Assembly (NCBI GenBank): GCA_026936335.1
Contig: JAPMXV010000035.1
Span: 310,001 to 374,000, forward strand
Direction of reading: 5' to 3'
Source: Mantamonas sphyraenae STR306
Taxonomy: Eukaryota; Protista; CRuMs
Length of the DNA stretch: 64,000 nt
Below, one piece after another: positions 1-12,995 of the stretch; the stretch's first letter is position 1; every line of letters begins with the position of its first letter. Position numbers and translations under genes: made by a program. The notes beneath the pieces are model-generated. The model had not been told where the DNA came from, searched no databases, and saw only the letters and a program-made list of their open reading frames with translations.

Positions 1-2
1 GC

Positions 3-404
3 GAGAGCTCAACAAGCGACGGGAAGGCAGATGGGACTGAAGGGAGCCTTTTCGAACACCCTGAGTACAAGGTGATGTTCAAGTTTGGGATTATCGACAA
101 TGCGCTGCTGCTGATGATGGCCATGGCGGGATACAGCGTTGATGCAGTGATCGCGCGTCGGATCGGCATCCACGGCTACGGAGTGCTTGTGGGCTCGCTG
201 CTGGGCAATAGTTTGTCGGATGCGGTTGCAGCCATGCCTGAAGGGGCGCCGGCCACGGTGGGGGTCTTTGTGGGTGCGTGCTTGCCTCTGGTGCCACTTT
301 CGGTGGCCATGTTTACCAAGCAGGAGCTGAAAGGCACTCTGGCGGGCAAGCTGGTACTGGGATCGTCGGCCGCCATGCTGGTGTGGTGCTTTGCAGAGCA
401 CTGA
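3..404 (+). CDS. TMEM65-like small membrane protein, 5' partial
   Basis: Frame is open from the window start. Hydrophobic segments carry FGIIDN...LGNSLSD, resembling the FGFLDN...LGNLVSD motifs of TMEM65-like proteins. Confidence 0.5.
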   Translation, partial: ESSTSDGKADGTEGSLFEHPEYKVMFKFGIIDNALLLMMAMAGYSVDAVIARRIGIHGYGVLVGSLLGNSLSDAVAAMPEGAPATVGVFVGACLPLVPLSVAMFTKQELKGTLAGKLVLGSSAAMLVWCFAEH

Positions 405-520
405 TAGGACGGAGAGGGATTGGCAGGAGCAAAGGCAAAGTGGAGACGGGAGTGGTGTGGGACACAGGAGCGAGAGAGTGAAGTGTGAGAGCGCGCGCAG
501 GGCGGCAACCCGTCGCCACC

Positions 521-1038
521 ATGCAGCTCTCGCGCTTTTTGATGAAATGCACAAACGAGAGTGTGGAAATCCAGTTGAAGAACGGAACGGTTGCGTACGG
601 GACGATCACCGGGGTGGACCAGGCGATGAACACGCACTTGAAGGCGGTGAAGTTGGTGCCGAAGAATCGCAACCCCATCACGCTGGAGGGCTTGTCGATC
701 CGAGGCAGCAACATCCGCTACGTGATCCTGCCGGAGGATCTCAACCTTGTCACGTTGCTGAAGGATACGTCGACAAAGGCTGGGCGCATGACCAAGGCGA
801 AGCGCAAGGGTAAGTTTTGCCGGAGGACGGCGACGCGGAATGCAAGCACGTCAGAGCGTGTGCGCGGGTAGCAAGAGCTGCATGACGCACACAACGTGGC
901 GCAATAGACGGGCGACGTTTACGTGAATGGAGGCATTGACACGCGCGTGCACGCGGACACACAGCTTTGGAAGAACGGGGCCGCGGACGCGGACGTGGGC
1001 GCGGGCGAGGACGCGGCAGGGGCCGTGGACGACGATGA
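521..1038 (+). CDS. SNRPD1: Small nuclear ribonucleoprotein Sm D1
   Basis: Sm1/Sm2 motifs ([21 protein letters not shown]; [14 protein letters not shown]). Exons 521-809 and 965-1038 (GTAAGT..ACAG) restore the RG-dipeptide tail. Confidence 0.95.
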
Positions 1039-1879
1039 ACATCACAGATTGACCCAGAATGTGTGTTGACGTACGCATGACACCTTGCAAACCACGTCTT
1101 GGGCCAACGGTGTCTATGCGCGAGTGTGTATGTGTGCGCCCTGTGGCTGGGCTTGTGGCCAGGATTGGGTCGAGAGGGCGGTTCAGCTTTCCTCGCTTGC
1201 ACCGCTCTGTTCAGTGGGAATGATGTGATGATACTGTCGAGAAAGTTTTCTTGAGGAGCAACGCTTGCAGTATTGGGTGGTTTGAGTGGCCAGTGAACAC
1301 GGAGGATGTGCGTGTTGCGCGATGCGCTTGTCTTTGCCGCCGGCCGAGTCGTCGGGGTACAGACACACGTAGCACCCCTCAGAACTGAGCTACTGTGGTT
1401 GAAAGTGGTGTGAATGAGCGCTGCGGGCTCAACGGGCCCGTCCGGCATGGTTGGGGGCGATCGAACGGTGTTGACCAAGGCAGCAACACCAGTCTGTGAC
1501 AGACCGTTTATTCGAGCGAATCTAGGGTTGTGGCGTGTAGGGACAGCCATCATGCATGCAAACGAGGGGCATCGTGCATGTTTGGACTGATGTGGCAACG
1601 TGCGCCGGGCTGGCCAACTCTGAAAAAGCATGGAGGTGGGTTTTTGTAGCCCCGTTGTAGAGGTTGGGCGTCATAGCAGGTGTAGCGTTGTGCACACACA
1701 CATGGCAATGCCACAAATACGGCCGCGGAAGTGCACAGCACACGCTCGGGTGGCGCACACCCCCTCCAAAGGACACAGTTGCGTGCCGGGAGGCGCTCGA
1801 AAAGGGAGCCCGATCTTGTCTGAAATCCTGACACGCGAACGGACACTCCGTGTGCTTCCATGCGTTGCACCTGCCGCCC

Positions 1880-4800
1880 ATGGCACTCATCACACAGATT
1901 GAATCGGAAACAGAGTTTCATACCTTGCGACAGCTGTTGGAACACTGTCAGATAGCCGAGCTGGAGCCGGCTTTGGCCGAGCGCAAGCTGGATTCGCTCA
2001 ATGCGCTTGAGTTGCTGGACAGCAAAGAGACACATGAGCTGCTTTTCGAGGAACTGCGCAGCCTGAGCGTGGAGGAACACTCATTGAACAAACTGGAGCG
2101 AATGTTGAGCAAGCGTAGAGCTGATCTGGCTTCTCAGGCCAAGCAGAACCTGCCGGGTGAGCTACGCACGAAATGTTTTTTGCCCCGCCCGCACCACTTT
2201 CCACATGCGGCAGCCCAGCCGGGTTGTCCGTACCCACCACTTTGCCAGTTTCTACATATCAAACCACTTTGGAAGCGATGTGCGTGGATGCAGAAGCCAG
2301 CTGACACTGTTGATCACCAACACTACTCGCAGATTCGGCCTCTGTCGACCAATGGAGTACAGAAGAGACACGGCGCTGGGTGCTTGCGATCACAGGATCA
2401 CCCAAGATTGCCGCAGCGTTCAGACAAGCGGACATTTCTGGCGAATTGCTGCTGGAGCTGACGGAGAGGGATCTTGCGGATCCCGAAATCGGGTTGAACG
2501 TGGATAACAAGCTACTGCAGCGCAAACTGTCGCGCTCACTGCGTTCATTGAAGGAGGCAAAGGGAGTCGATGGAAGTAGTGCAGGAGACAACGGATCATC
2601 CCTGCTCTTTCCTGAACAAGAGACGCTGACAGCTAGCGAGCAGCAGGCCAAGCTGGAGCAGGAAGCCACGTCGGCAACGCTGGAAGAGCTGAAGCGTCTG
2701 CAGGAGGACCTGCGGAGGCAGCAAGAGGAGCAAAAGAAGCAGCAGGCCGTGATGTTGGCACAGCAGCAGGCACTGGCCCAGGTGCAGCAGAAACACGAGG
2801 AACTGCAGCATTTCCAACAGCAGGCGGAGCACGCACAACACGCGCACCACCAGGTGCTGCAGCATCAAGCGCAGCATATGCAACAGGCCGCACTTGGACA
2901 AAAGTACACAGCCAACTTCAAAAAGGTGTATACGCCCGGAGGCACGCCGTACCAGGTGGCTCCGGAGAGGGTGACGCCGACCTTGTCGGGAGCTCGACCC
3001 CGAAGCAAACCCGGACGCAAACGCGGGCGTCCCAAGGGATCGAAGAACAAACCAAAGCCTGCCCAAGGCACGCCTAGAAGTGCAACTCCCCCTGCGCGTG
3101 GCTTCAGGCCGACAGTGCCTCAGCCCAAGTCGGAGATGCTGCAGGACGCAGAGCGGGTCAAAGAGGACGCATACGAAGCAATCCGCATCAATGAGAACGT
3201 GGGACCAGTGAGCCAAAATTTGTCAACGCTGCAGGAGGGCCAGCGACTGTCGTCGCTGTACATGGACGTAGAGGGCGAAGTGGACGACGGAGAGGAGACG
3301 GAGGACGAGGCGACCAGCAACGAGCGACTGGTGAGATCGCATGCATTGCGCGTGGCGAGAAACCTGCTGAAAACGATGGACAACCCAAAGGCGAGCTCAG
3401 AGGAGCATGCCGGAGCGAAGGCGAAGTACGAGAAGCTGCTGCAGGATGTCTCTGCAAAGCGCATCACGATGGCAGACGTGTTCAAAGTGCCATACAAGTC
3501 CATTGAAGCACGTGGCGAACGTTGGAGTCGTGCACAGCTGGAGTGGGCTGCGGCGATGAGACTTCCGCTGGACGGGGTGGACGGCTTCACACTGCACTCG
3601 GCACCCCCAAAGAAAGTGGTGCGCGTTGAGCAAGGTTTGCAAAGGACAAAGCGTAAGGGCGTGGAAGAGGATGATGTGGAGGAGGAAGAGGGGCCGAGCG
3701 AGTACGAGGCGGGAAAGTTGCAAGGCCCTGCAGTGGCCGAGTCGAAGCTGGACAACAAGCGTCTGCGGGCTAAGGACCTGGGCAAAGAAAGCACGAGCAT
3801 GCCGGTGACGACTCGATTGCGTCGCAAGCGCAAGTATACGCCGGTTGCAGCGTACAACTTGTTTCTGGCGGAGGATGGCGTCGCAAAAGAGCGCAAAGGA
3901 GGCAGCAGCAAGAAACGAAGCGCCCCGCACGCGTCGGCGGACATGTTGAACCCGCTGCGCATGTTGGAAAGGAAGCTGCCGTCTGTGTCGACAAGCAACG
4001 GGGTTTCCGTGGGCACGACGCGCAGGCCGCCGCCAAACTGGCAGATGGTCATGCGGCCACGCCTGCTGATCCACCGTGGAGAAGTGGCGTCGAGCAATGG
4101 CCTGTGGAGGCATCCAGGTGCGTACATTGACGAGCGCGGCTTTGAGATCCCGTGCAACGTTTGCCTGCCGCTTTGCTATCAGTACGATGAGCTACTGGAG
4201 GTGGAGAGCGGCCTGCCGTTCTACCCATACATTGTGTCGTCGCTGCTGACCGCAGAAGAGAACCAGAGTGCACCCCGTCTGGTGGTGCGTGTGCCCAGCC
4301 GGGAGCCAGATGCAATGTCGCAACGCATGCCTGTGCCGCTGAACGACCAGCGCAGGGTGCTGGTGTCACTCAAGAGTGGCATGTTGCATCGGGTGGACAG
4401 TGACATCCGGTACACAGGTCATGAGGTGCTTGTGTGGACGCGGCTGCAGGCTGTGCTGGCCCTTGTGGATCCACCCAAGTACAACCCGTTGGCGCTGGTC
4501 CCGACGCCGGAAAACGCCGATGATTCGACGCAAGTGAAGAATTACCTTCGCAAAACGAACATGCTGCTGCGCTGCTGGTTGTACGACAACTACGAGGATC
4601 CGCATCCCGTGCCCGAGGAATTGAACCAGCTGAGCGTGCAGACGGGGATGAGCGTCACACAGGTCAAAGCGTGGATGGAGCAAGCACGTGGATCTTTGCT
4701 GTCGGAGATGGAAGAGGAGCGTGCGTTGCGCGAGCTGTATCTGCAGAACATCGGCTTTATCGAGATTGTGCGCGTGGGACGCGAACGCAAGCAGCCGGAA

Positions 4801-4992
4801 ATGGCCATGAGCGAGGCCCAGCGGCTGCGCATGTTGGAGGAGCGCATGTTGGCAGCCGATACACATGTGCGTGAGTACTACCAGTTGCGTGCGCGCACCA
4901 AGCGCACACACCTGTACGAACGCGAAAACTGGTATGTGTCGTTGGATCGCAGCAACGCAGACCGACAAGACTACAAGCGCCAGCGTGTTTGA
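1880..4992 (+). CDS. SAM domain + AT-hook + divergent TALE-type homeodomain protein
   Basis: Exons 1880-2156 and 2333-4992. SAM: WSTEETRRWV..AFRQADISGELLLELTERDL. Q-rich coiled coil. AT-hook RKRGRPKGS. Homeodomain LRCWLYDNYEDPHP..L...TGMSVTQVKAWMEQAR. C-terminal KRQRV. Confidence 0.75.
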
Positions 4993-5051
4993 GTGCCTGA
5001 GCTTGAGCTTGTGTGTGTGTGTGTGAGACATGCGAAAAATGCTGTTGTTGT

Positions 5052-6285
<1,234 letters not shown>

Positions 6286-6475
6286 TGTGCGGAAAAGGTT
6301 GTGTTGGTGGAAGCCACGGGTGCGGGGAGCTGAGTGAGATGGGGATGGGAACGGAATATTGTAGTGAAGGGGAACAAAAAGTGGAGTGGGCCAAGTCGTG
6401 GTTCAGGGGTGGGTGGTGGGGGTGGCCTGGTGGACTCCAGAGGTGCGCCGAGGAAGGCAACCATCCGCTCCAACG

Positions 6476-9400
6476 ATGTCCATCCGCTTGCGAGATCTGA
6501 TTCGCCAGTGCCGTGCAGCACGGACGACGGCCGAGGAGCGCGAGGTGATTGCCAAAGAGTCTGCGGCAATGCGTACCAAGTTCAGGGAGGATGACGAGCA
6601 GTACCGAACTCGCAACCTGGCCAAGCTGCTTTTCATGCACATGCTGGGCTACCCGACTCACTGGGGCCAGATGGAGGTTCTCAAACTCATCTCAGGCTCG
6701 CGTTTCATGGAGAAGCGCATCGGATACTTGTCGCTGATGATGCTGCTTGACGAGCGGCACGAGGTGACGATGTTGGCGACCAACTGCATGGGTAACGACC
6801 TCGCACACAACAACCAGTTCATTGTGGGCATGTCTCTGTGCGCTTTGGGCAACATTGCCAACGCAGAAATGGCACGCGACATCAAGAGCCAGGTGGACGA
6901 GCTCATGGGGCACACAAACCCGTACATCCGGAAAAAGGTGAGGCCCAGTTCCCTCCGCAGCCTCTGCTTCGCGATACCCCAGGCCCACGCGCTAACACCT
7001 GCCTCGTGCCCGCTGTGTGCGCTGTATGTGTATGTGGAACTGCCCTGTTGGTGTGCGTAACGCTGTTGCAGGCCACACTGTGCGCAGTGCGGTTCATTCA
7101 CAAGGACGCCGACCTGGTGGACGATTTCCTTTCGCGAATTAGACCTCTGCTGGCCGACCGAAACCACGGCGTGCTGCTCACCGGTGTGCGTCTGCTCATC
7201 GAGATGTGCAAGGTGGACCCGGAAAAGATCGATACCTTCCGACGTGTAAGTCACCTCCGTGTGCATGGTCATATCGCACGTGTGCACGCGTGTGCGCTTC
7301 CTCCCGCCGCCTTTTCCCTCTCCAACCCGGGCTCGCGTTTTGTCTCCGCACAGCCTGCAAACGCGGCCCACGAGCGCATGCGCCGCATGCACGCGGTGGA
7401 CATCGAGCACTGAATGCACACGTGGACACATACGAAATGCTAACATGGAATGGGGTGTGGGTGTGGGACAAACACACAGCTTGTGCCGAACCTCATCCGC
7501 ATCTTGAAGAACCTGGTGCAGTCGAGCTATGCGCCAGAACACGACGTCGGCGGCGTTACAGATCCGTTTATCCAAGTCTCTGTGTTGCGGCTGCTTCGCA
7601 TTCTGGGCCAAGGCGACACAGAAGCGTCGGAGCAGATGAACGACATTTTGGCAGAGGTGGCCACCAACACGGAAAGTACAAAGAACGTTGGCAACGCCGT
7701 GGTCTACGAGGCCGTACAGACCATTCTGGCCATCGAAAGCGAGCCTGGCCTGCGCAAGCTGGCCATCAACATCCTGGGCCGCTTCCTCGTCGGCCAGAAC
7801 AACAACCGCTATGTGGCGCTGACGACACTTGCCAAGGTGTTGCACGACGACATGGCTGCCGTGCAGAGGCACCGCCACACCATTGTGGACTGCCTCAAGG
7901 ACCACGACATCTCTATCCGCCGCCGCGCGCTCGATTTGGTGTATGCACTTGTCAACGAGGGCAACATCCGCACGCTGACCCGCGAGCTGCTCAACTACCT
8001 CGTGGTGGCCGACGAGCAGTTCAAACCCGATCTGGCCATCAAGATTGTGACCATCATCGAGAGGTACGCACCCAACGTGCGCTGGCAATTTGACCAGCTG
8101 CTCAAAGCCATCGTGCTCGGGGGCAAGTATATCCGTGGCGAGGTGCCGGCCACCTTCCGCATCCTCATCCTGCAGAACCAAGAGTTGCAGGCGTACGCAG
8201 TCACAAAGCTGTACCTTGCTCTGAGTCAAGAGGCGCATGACAAGGGCGGTGCAGGAAACGTCAACCAAACGCTGCTGGAGCTTGCAGTGTGGGCCATTGG
8301 CGAGTATGGCGACTACCTCATCTCGGACGAAGACAACCTGGGCGAAGACCAAGATCCAGTGGACGTCAACGAAGACGATATTATCCTGCTGCTTGAGGAG
8401 GCTCTGCAGAGCCCAAATGCTACGCTGCAGACGCGCCGCATCACAGTGATGGCGCTGATCAAGCTGTCGTCGCGTCTGGAGGGCGTCGATACACGCATCC
8501 GCGAGCTGCTGAACAACTTTACCGAGTCGATGGACATCGAGCTCCAGCAGCGCTCGTGGGAATTTCTGAACCTGTTCCAGTTTGACGAGATCAAGGAGAA
8601 GCTGACGACACATATGCCGCCGTTTAGCAAGACAGTGCTCGCACGTCGTGCAGAGGAGTTTATCGACGACCCTGCGGCGCCGATGCGTGCTGTGGACGGC
8701 GAAGACGGCGAGGACGAAGAGGATGAGCAGGAGGATGGCCAAAGCCCGTTGGACATTGCCAGCGTGTCTGTGTCCAAGACAGGCAAGAAGACGTCGTCGT
8801 CGTCGTCTTCGGGCGAGGACAACGGCGACCTGATCACCTTTGGCGGAGACGAAGGAAGCAGCGACGGCGGTGCACAGGGTTCGAGCGGAGGCGGAGGTGG
8901 AGGTGGAGGCCTGGAGGAGCTGCTGGGTGTCTTTGGGGGCTCGAGTGGCGACCTGCTGAGTGGCAGTGGTGGTGGTGGTGGTGGAGGTGGAGGAGGTGGC
9001 GGAGGTGACGACCTGTTGAACATGCTGGGCGGCGGCGGCGGCGGCATGGGCGGCATGGGAGGCATGGGAGGGGAGGCATGGGAGGCATGGGAGGTGGAGG
9101 CGGAGGTGGGGGCGGATCGGATCTTATGAGCATGCTGGGTGGCAGTAGCGGAGACCTGATGGGCGGGCTGGGCGGTGGCAATGGCGGAAGCAGCAGCGGC
9201 GGAGGTGGCAACAACGGCGGAAGTCTGTCGGACACGATGACGGCGTACAACAAGAACAACGTGCTGGTGACGTTTGACTTTGTGAAGAACCCGGACAACG
9301 AGGCAATGACCAAGATCACAATGACGTACAGGAACAACAACGGGAGCAACCTGGAAGACTTTGTCTTCAAGGTGGCTGTGCCCAAGTACATCAAGTTCCA

Positions 9401-9587
9401 GGTGAAGAAGGCCAGCGGGACATCGGTGCCTGCAAACGACAGTGGCGCTGTGACGCAGGTGGTTCTGCTGAACAACTCGATGCACAAGGAGCGGCCTGTG
9501 GCCATGAAGTTCCAGCTCAAGTACGAGCTGGATGGGAACCTGGTTACAGACGGTGGAGACATCAAGGGCTTCCCCAGTGGACTGTGA
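6476..9587 (+). CDS. AP1G1: AP-1 complex gamma subunit (gamma-adaptin), one frameshift in the Gly-rich hinge
   Basis: MSIRLRDLIR..R..KESAAMR, LGYPTHWGQME, KRIGYL, PEHDVGGVTDPFIQV. Introns 6938-7071 and 7246-7479. The ear domain (FKVAVPKY) is in another frame after a shift at ~9070. Confidence 0.93.
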
Positions 9588-9662
9588 TGAAGAAGAAGAT
9601 GATGGTGTGTGTGTGTGCGTGTGTGTGGTGCGCAGCGACGGGCCAAACAAACAAAAATTCCA

Positions 9663-12600
9663 ATGCGCCGTAGCAAGGCCCCGTCCAACCGACGCAAGCT
9701 GCTGCACAAGAGTGCCGTGGGACTCAGCAGCAGTAGTAGTAGCAGCAGCAGTGTGAAGACCATTGCAGCTGCGGCGAACATTGTAAAGGCGGCGAACAGC
9801 GAGAACAAGCGGAACGTGGAGTCGAGCAACTTGGCACCAAGCGAAGAGGGGAAGCAGCTGAGCCCCAAGGAGAAAAGCATCATGACAAGCACACCACCTG
9901 CAAAGCAACCAGCCTTGAAGAGACGACGCATGGGACCCCCACCAGCGGCAAAGAAGGGCAAGAAGGGGTTCTCGGCGCCAAAGATCGACGCCAAGGTGTT
10001 GAAGCAACGGATGGAAGAGGAGACAGCGTCGCAAGAGGACAGCAAACTGTTCTCGGTGATGTGGTGCAAGGCCAGCAACAAGAAACACAAGACATACAAC
10101 GATGCGTTCCTGTTTCTGCAGGGCGCGAAGCATCTGCTGAAGGACGCCGAAGGCAAAGAGTTGTACAACAAGGGCAACGTGATCGGCAAGATGCCGCGCA
10201 CAAAGCCAGGCGACCTCATCTACCTTGGTGGCAAGGAGGTGGAGATCATGAACGAGCTTGACACGCAGCTGTACTTTTCAGGTGAGCGAAGCACAAGTTC
10301 CCGAAAAGTTCTCGGCGGCGGGGTGATCACTCACCGGCCGCACTCGGGCAACACACACATGCTGGGAGCCCCGAGCATGATCACACTGACACAGACACGA
10401 CACTGACACACGGACCCACGCAACACGCTTCATTGCAGGACAACTGTTTGTCAAGGGCGGTATGAAGGGTGTGGGCTCCACGGGGCCGGCAAAAGGGATC
10501 CAGATGAGCAAGCCGAAACGAACCGAGTTTAAGAAACACAGCAGCGGAGCAGCAACACCGCAGCCCAAGACAAAACCGAAGCCTTTGCACAGCAGCACAG
10601 ACGAGAACGCGTTGGTGCTGAATGCGGGCCATGCAAAGAGCAATGCGCGGGGGCAGTTGCTGACAGAGGTGGTGGTCGACCCGTACCTGGCCACAAAGCT
10701 GCGCCCGCATCAGCGCGAAGGTGTGCGCTTCCTCTACGAGTGTGTCATGGGCAACAAGTCTTCCGACTTTCACGGGGCCATCCTGGCCGACGAAATGGGC
10801 CTTGGCAAGACAATCCAGGCAATCACCCTTGTGTGGACGCTGCTCAAGCAGGGACCGACAGGCAAGCCCGCCATCAAAAAGGCAGTCATCGTTACACCTG
10901 CGTCGCTGGTAGGAAACTGGCAGCGCGAATTTCAAAAGTGGCTGGGTGTGGAGCGTCTGCGCCCGTTGGTGATCAAGGGAGGCGCAGGAAGCTCGGCTGC
11001 ACAGGCCGCCGAGTCCATCAAGGAGTTCCCCAAGGCCACGCGCTACCCAGTCATGATCATTTCCTACGAAATGTTTCGCTCCTGCTCCGTGACCATCAGT
11101 TCCTTGCCCTGCTGCGGGTTGGTGATTTGTGACGAAGGGTATGTTGGGCATGCTTAGACGGACAAGGGAAGGGTGGTACGGGGAGTTGCTGACACGCACA
11201 CGCACACCACTCATGCTGAAACGGCACAGGCATCGGTTGAAGAACGGCTCGTCGCAGATTGCGGTCGCACTGAACAACCTGAAAACGAGGCGCAGGGTGA
11301 TCCTGAGCGGCACGCCAATCCAGAATCAGATGGACGAATTCCACGCCATGATCAACTTTGTGAACCCAGACATGCTTGGGGACCGCAACACGTTCATGCG
11401 CGTGTTTGGCACGCCGATCATGAAGGGCCGCAGTGCGGACGTGGGGCCAAAGGAACGAGTGCTTGCCGAGGCCAGGTCGACTGAGCTGACACGCATGACG
11501 TCACAGTGCATCCTGCGACGCACGGCCAAGATCAATGAGAAGTACCTGCCGGAGAAGGTGGAGCTGGTGGTGATGTGCAAGCCGACGTCCGTGCAAGAGA
11601 GGGCGTACAAGGCCGTCCTGCGTTCGGGCCAGTCGATTGTGTACGAGGCGGTGAAGAACGGCTCGATGCACAGTGCGCTGGGAGTCATCATCTCATTGCG
11701 AAAGGTGTGCAACGCGCCCGTTCTGGCGTACGACAAGGTGCTCGAGGGTGCAACGCGTGAACACGAGCGCAGCATCTACACAGACGCACAAGAGACGTAT
11801 GGCGTGGACTACGAAGCGCTGAACAACACGTTGAAGCAAATGAGCGAGCACGGTGGCTCAGGCGGCCGTGGAAAGAGTGGCAACAGCAGTCAAGGCAACG
11901 ACACGGACAAGCTGATTGTGCCTCTGGACACGGGCAAGCTTGTGGTGCTTCACTCGCTGCTGGACAAGATTGCAAGCAGTACCAAGGATCGCGTCGTGCT
12001 CATCAGCAACTTTACACGCACTTTGGATGTGCTGCAGGGGGTGTGCGACCTCGTCGGGCTGAAAACGGTGCGACTCGACGGAAGCACCGACTCGTCCAAA
12101 CGCACAGAGATGGTCAAGTCGTTCAACAACGGGTACGCAGGCGTGCGCGTCTTTTTGCTTTCTGCACGTGCAGGCGGCGTGGGACTGAACCTGATTGGAG
12201 CCAACCGCCTGATCCTCTTTGATCCCGACTGGAATCCGGCTACTGACCAACAGGCCATGGCACGGGTTTGGCGAGACGGCCAGAAAAAGAAAGTGTCCAT
12301 TTACAGACTCGTGACCACGGGCACCATCGAGGAGAAGATCTACCAGCGGCAGGTTCTGAAGACCGGCCTGAGCACAGCCGTCGTCGACGACAAGGCCAAC
12401 GTCGAGCGAAACTTCACCAACGACGATCTCAAGGATCTGTTCACCCTCAAGACAGACACCGTGTCCGACACCTACGACCTCATGCAGAAGGAGTTGAAGA
12501 AGAAGGAGCGCCGACGCCAACAATTGGCTGCGCAGGGTGAGTCTGAACAGGAGGACGAGGAAGAGGGCGACGCCGCCGCACAGGAGGAGGAGGTGGCAGG

Positions 12601-12949
12601 CGACTTTACACAGCTCAAGGGAACGCAAAATATCGACGAACTGCCCTCCATGTGCCTGCTTGGGTCCATGCACGATGAGGCCAAAGCGCTGATCTCCTTT
12701 GCGCTGGTTCGACGCGTGAAAGGTGCCGATGCGAATGATGACGGTGAGGAGGAGCAGACGAGCGATTGCGGCGGCAAAGAGGTGGAAGATGACGAAGAAG
12801 AAGGATTTGAAGGGGATGAGGATGAAGTGGCAGACAGCGCGGAGGAGGACGACGAAGAGGACGAAGAAGATGGTGGCACCGTGACGACGGTCATTGCTGA
12901 CCCTACAGACGAAGACGTGCTGGACCAGGCGATGGAAATGGAAGTGTGA
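9663..12949 (+). CDS. RAD54B: RAD54B/Rdh54-like SNF2 DNA translocase
   Basis: LRPHQREGVRFLYECV, ILADEMGLGKT, DEGHRLKN (spliced), LSGTPIQN, DPDWNPATDQQAMARVWRDGQKK; N-terminal FSVMW..KKHKT motif. Introns 10282-10438 and 11139-11229. Confidence 0.88.
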
Positions 12950-12995
12950 CCACACGTGGTCCATGTGCATGACAATGAACCCGATTTCGTTCCAA

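Noticed and set aside
1519-1533. Telomerase RNA template (AACCCTA on the minus strand)
   Set aside because: It is only a 7 nt match, expected by chance, and the organism's telomere repeat is unknown.
6658-10219. Long antisense ORFs over AP1G (and similar ones over other genes)
   Set aside because: These are shadow ORFs expected from GC-rich codon usage and carry no motifs.
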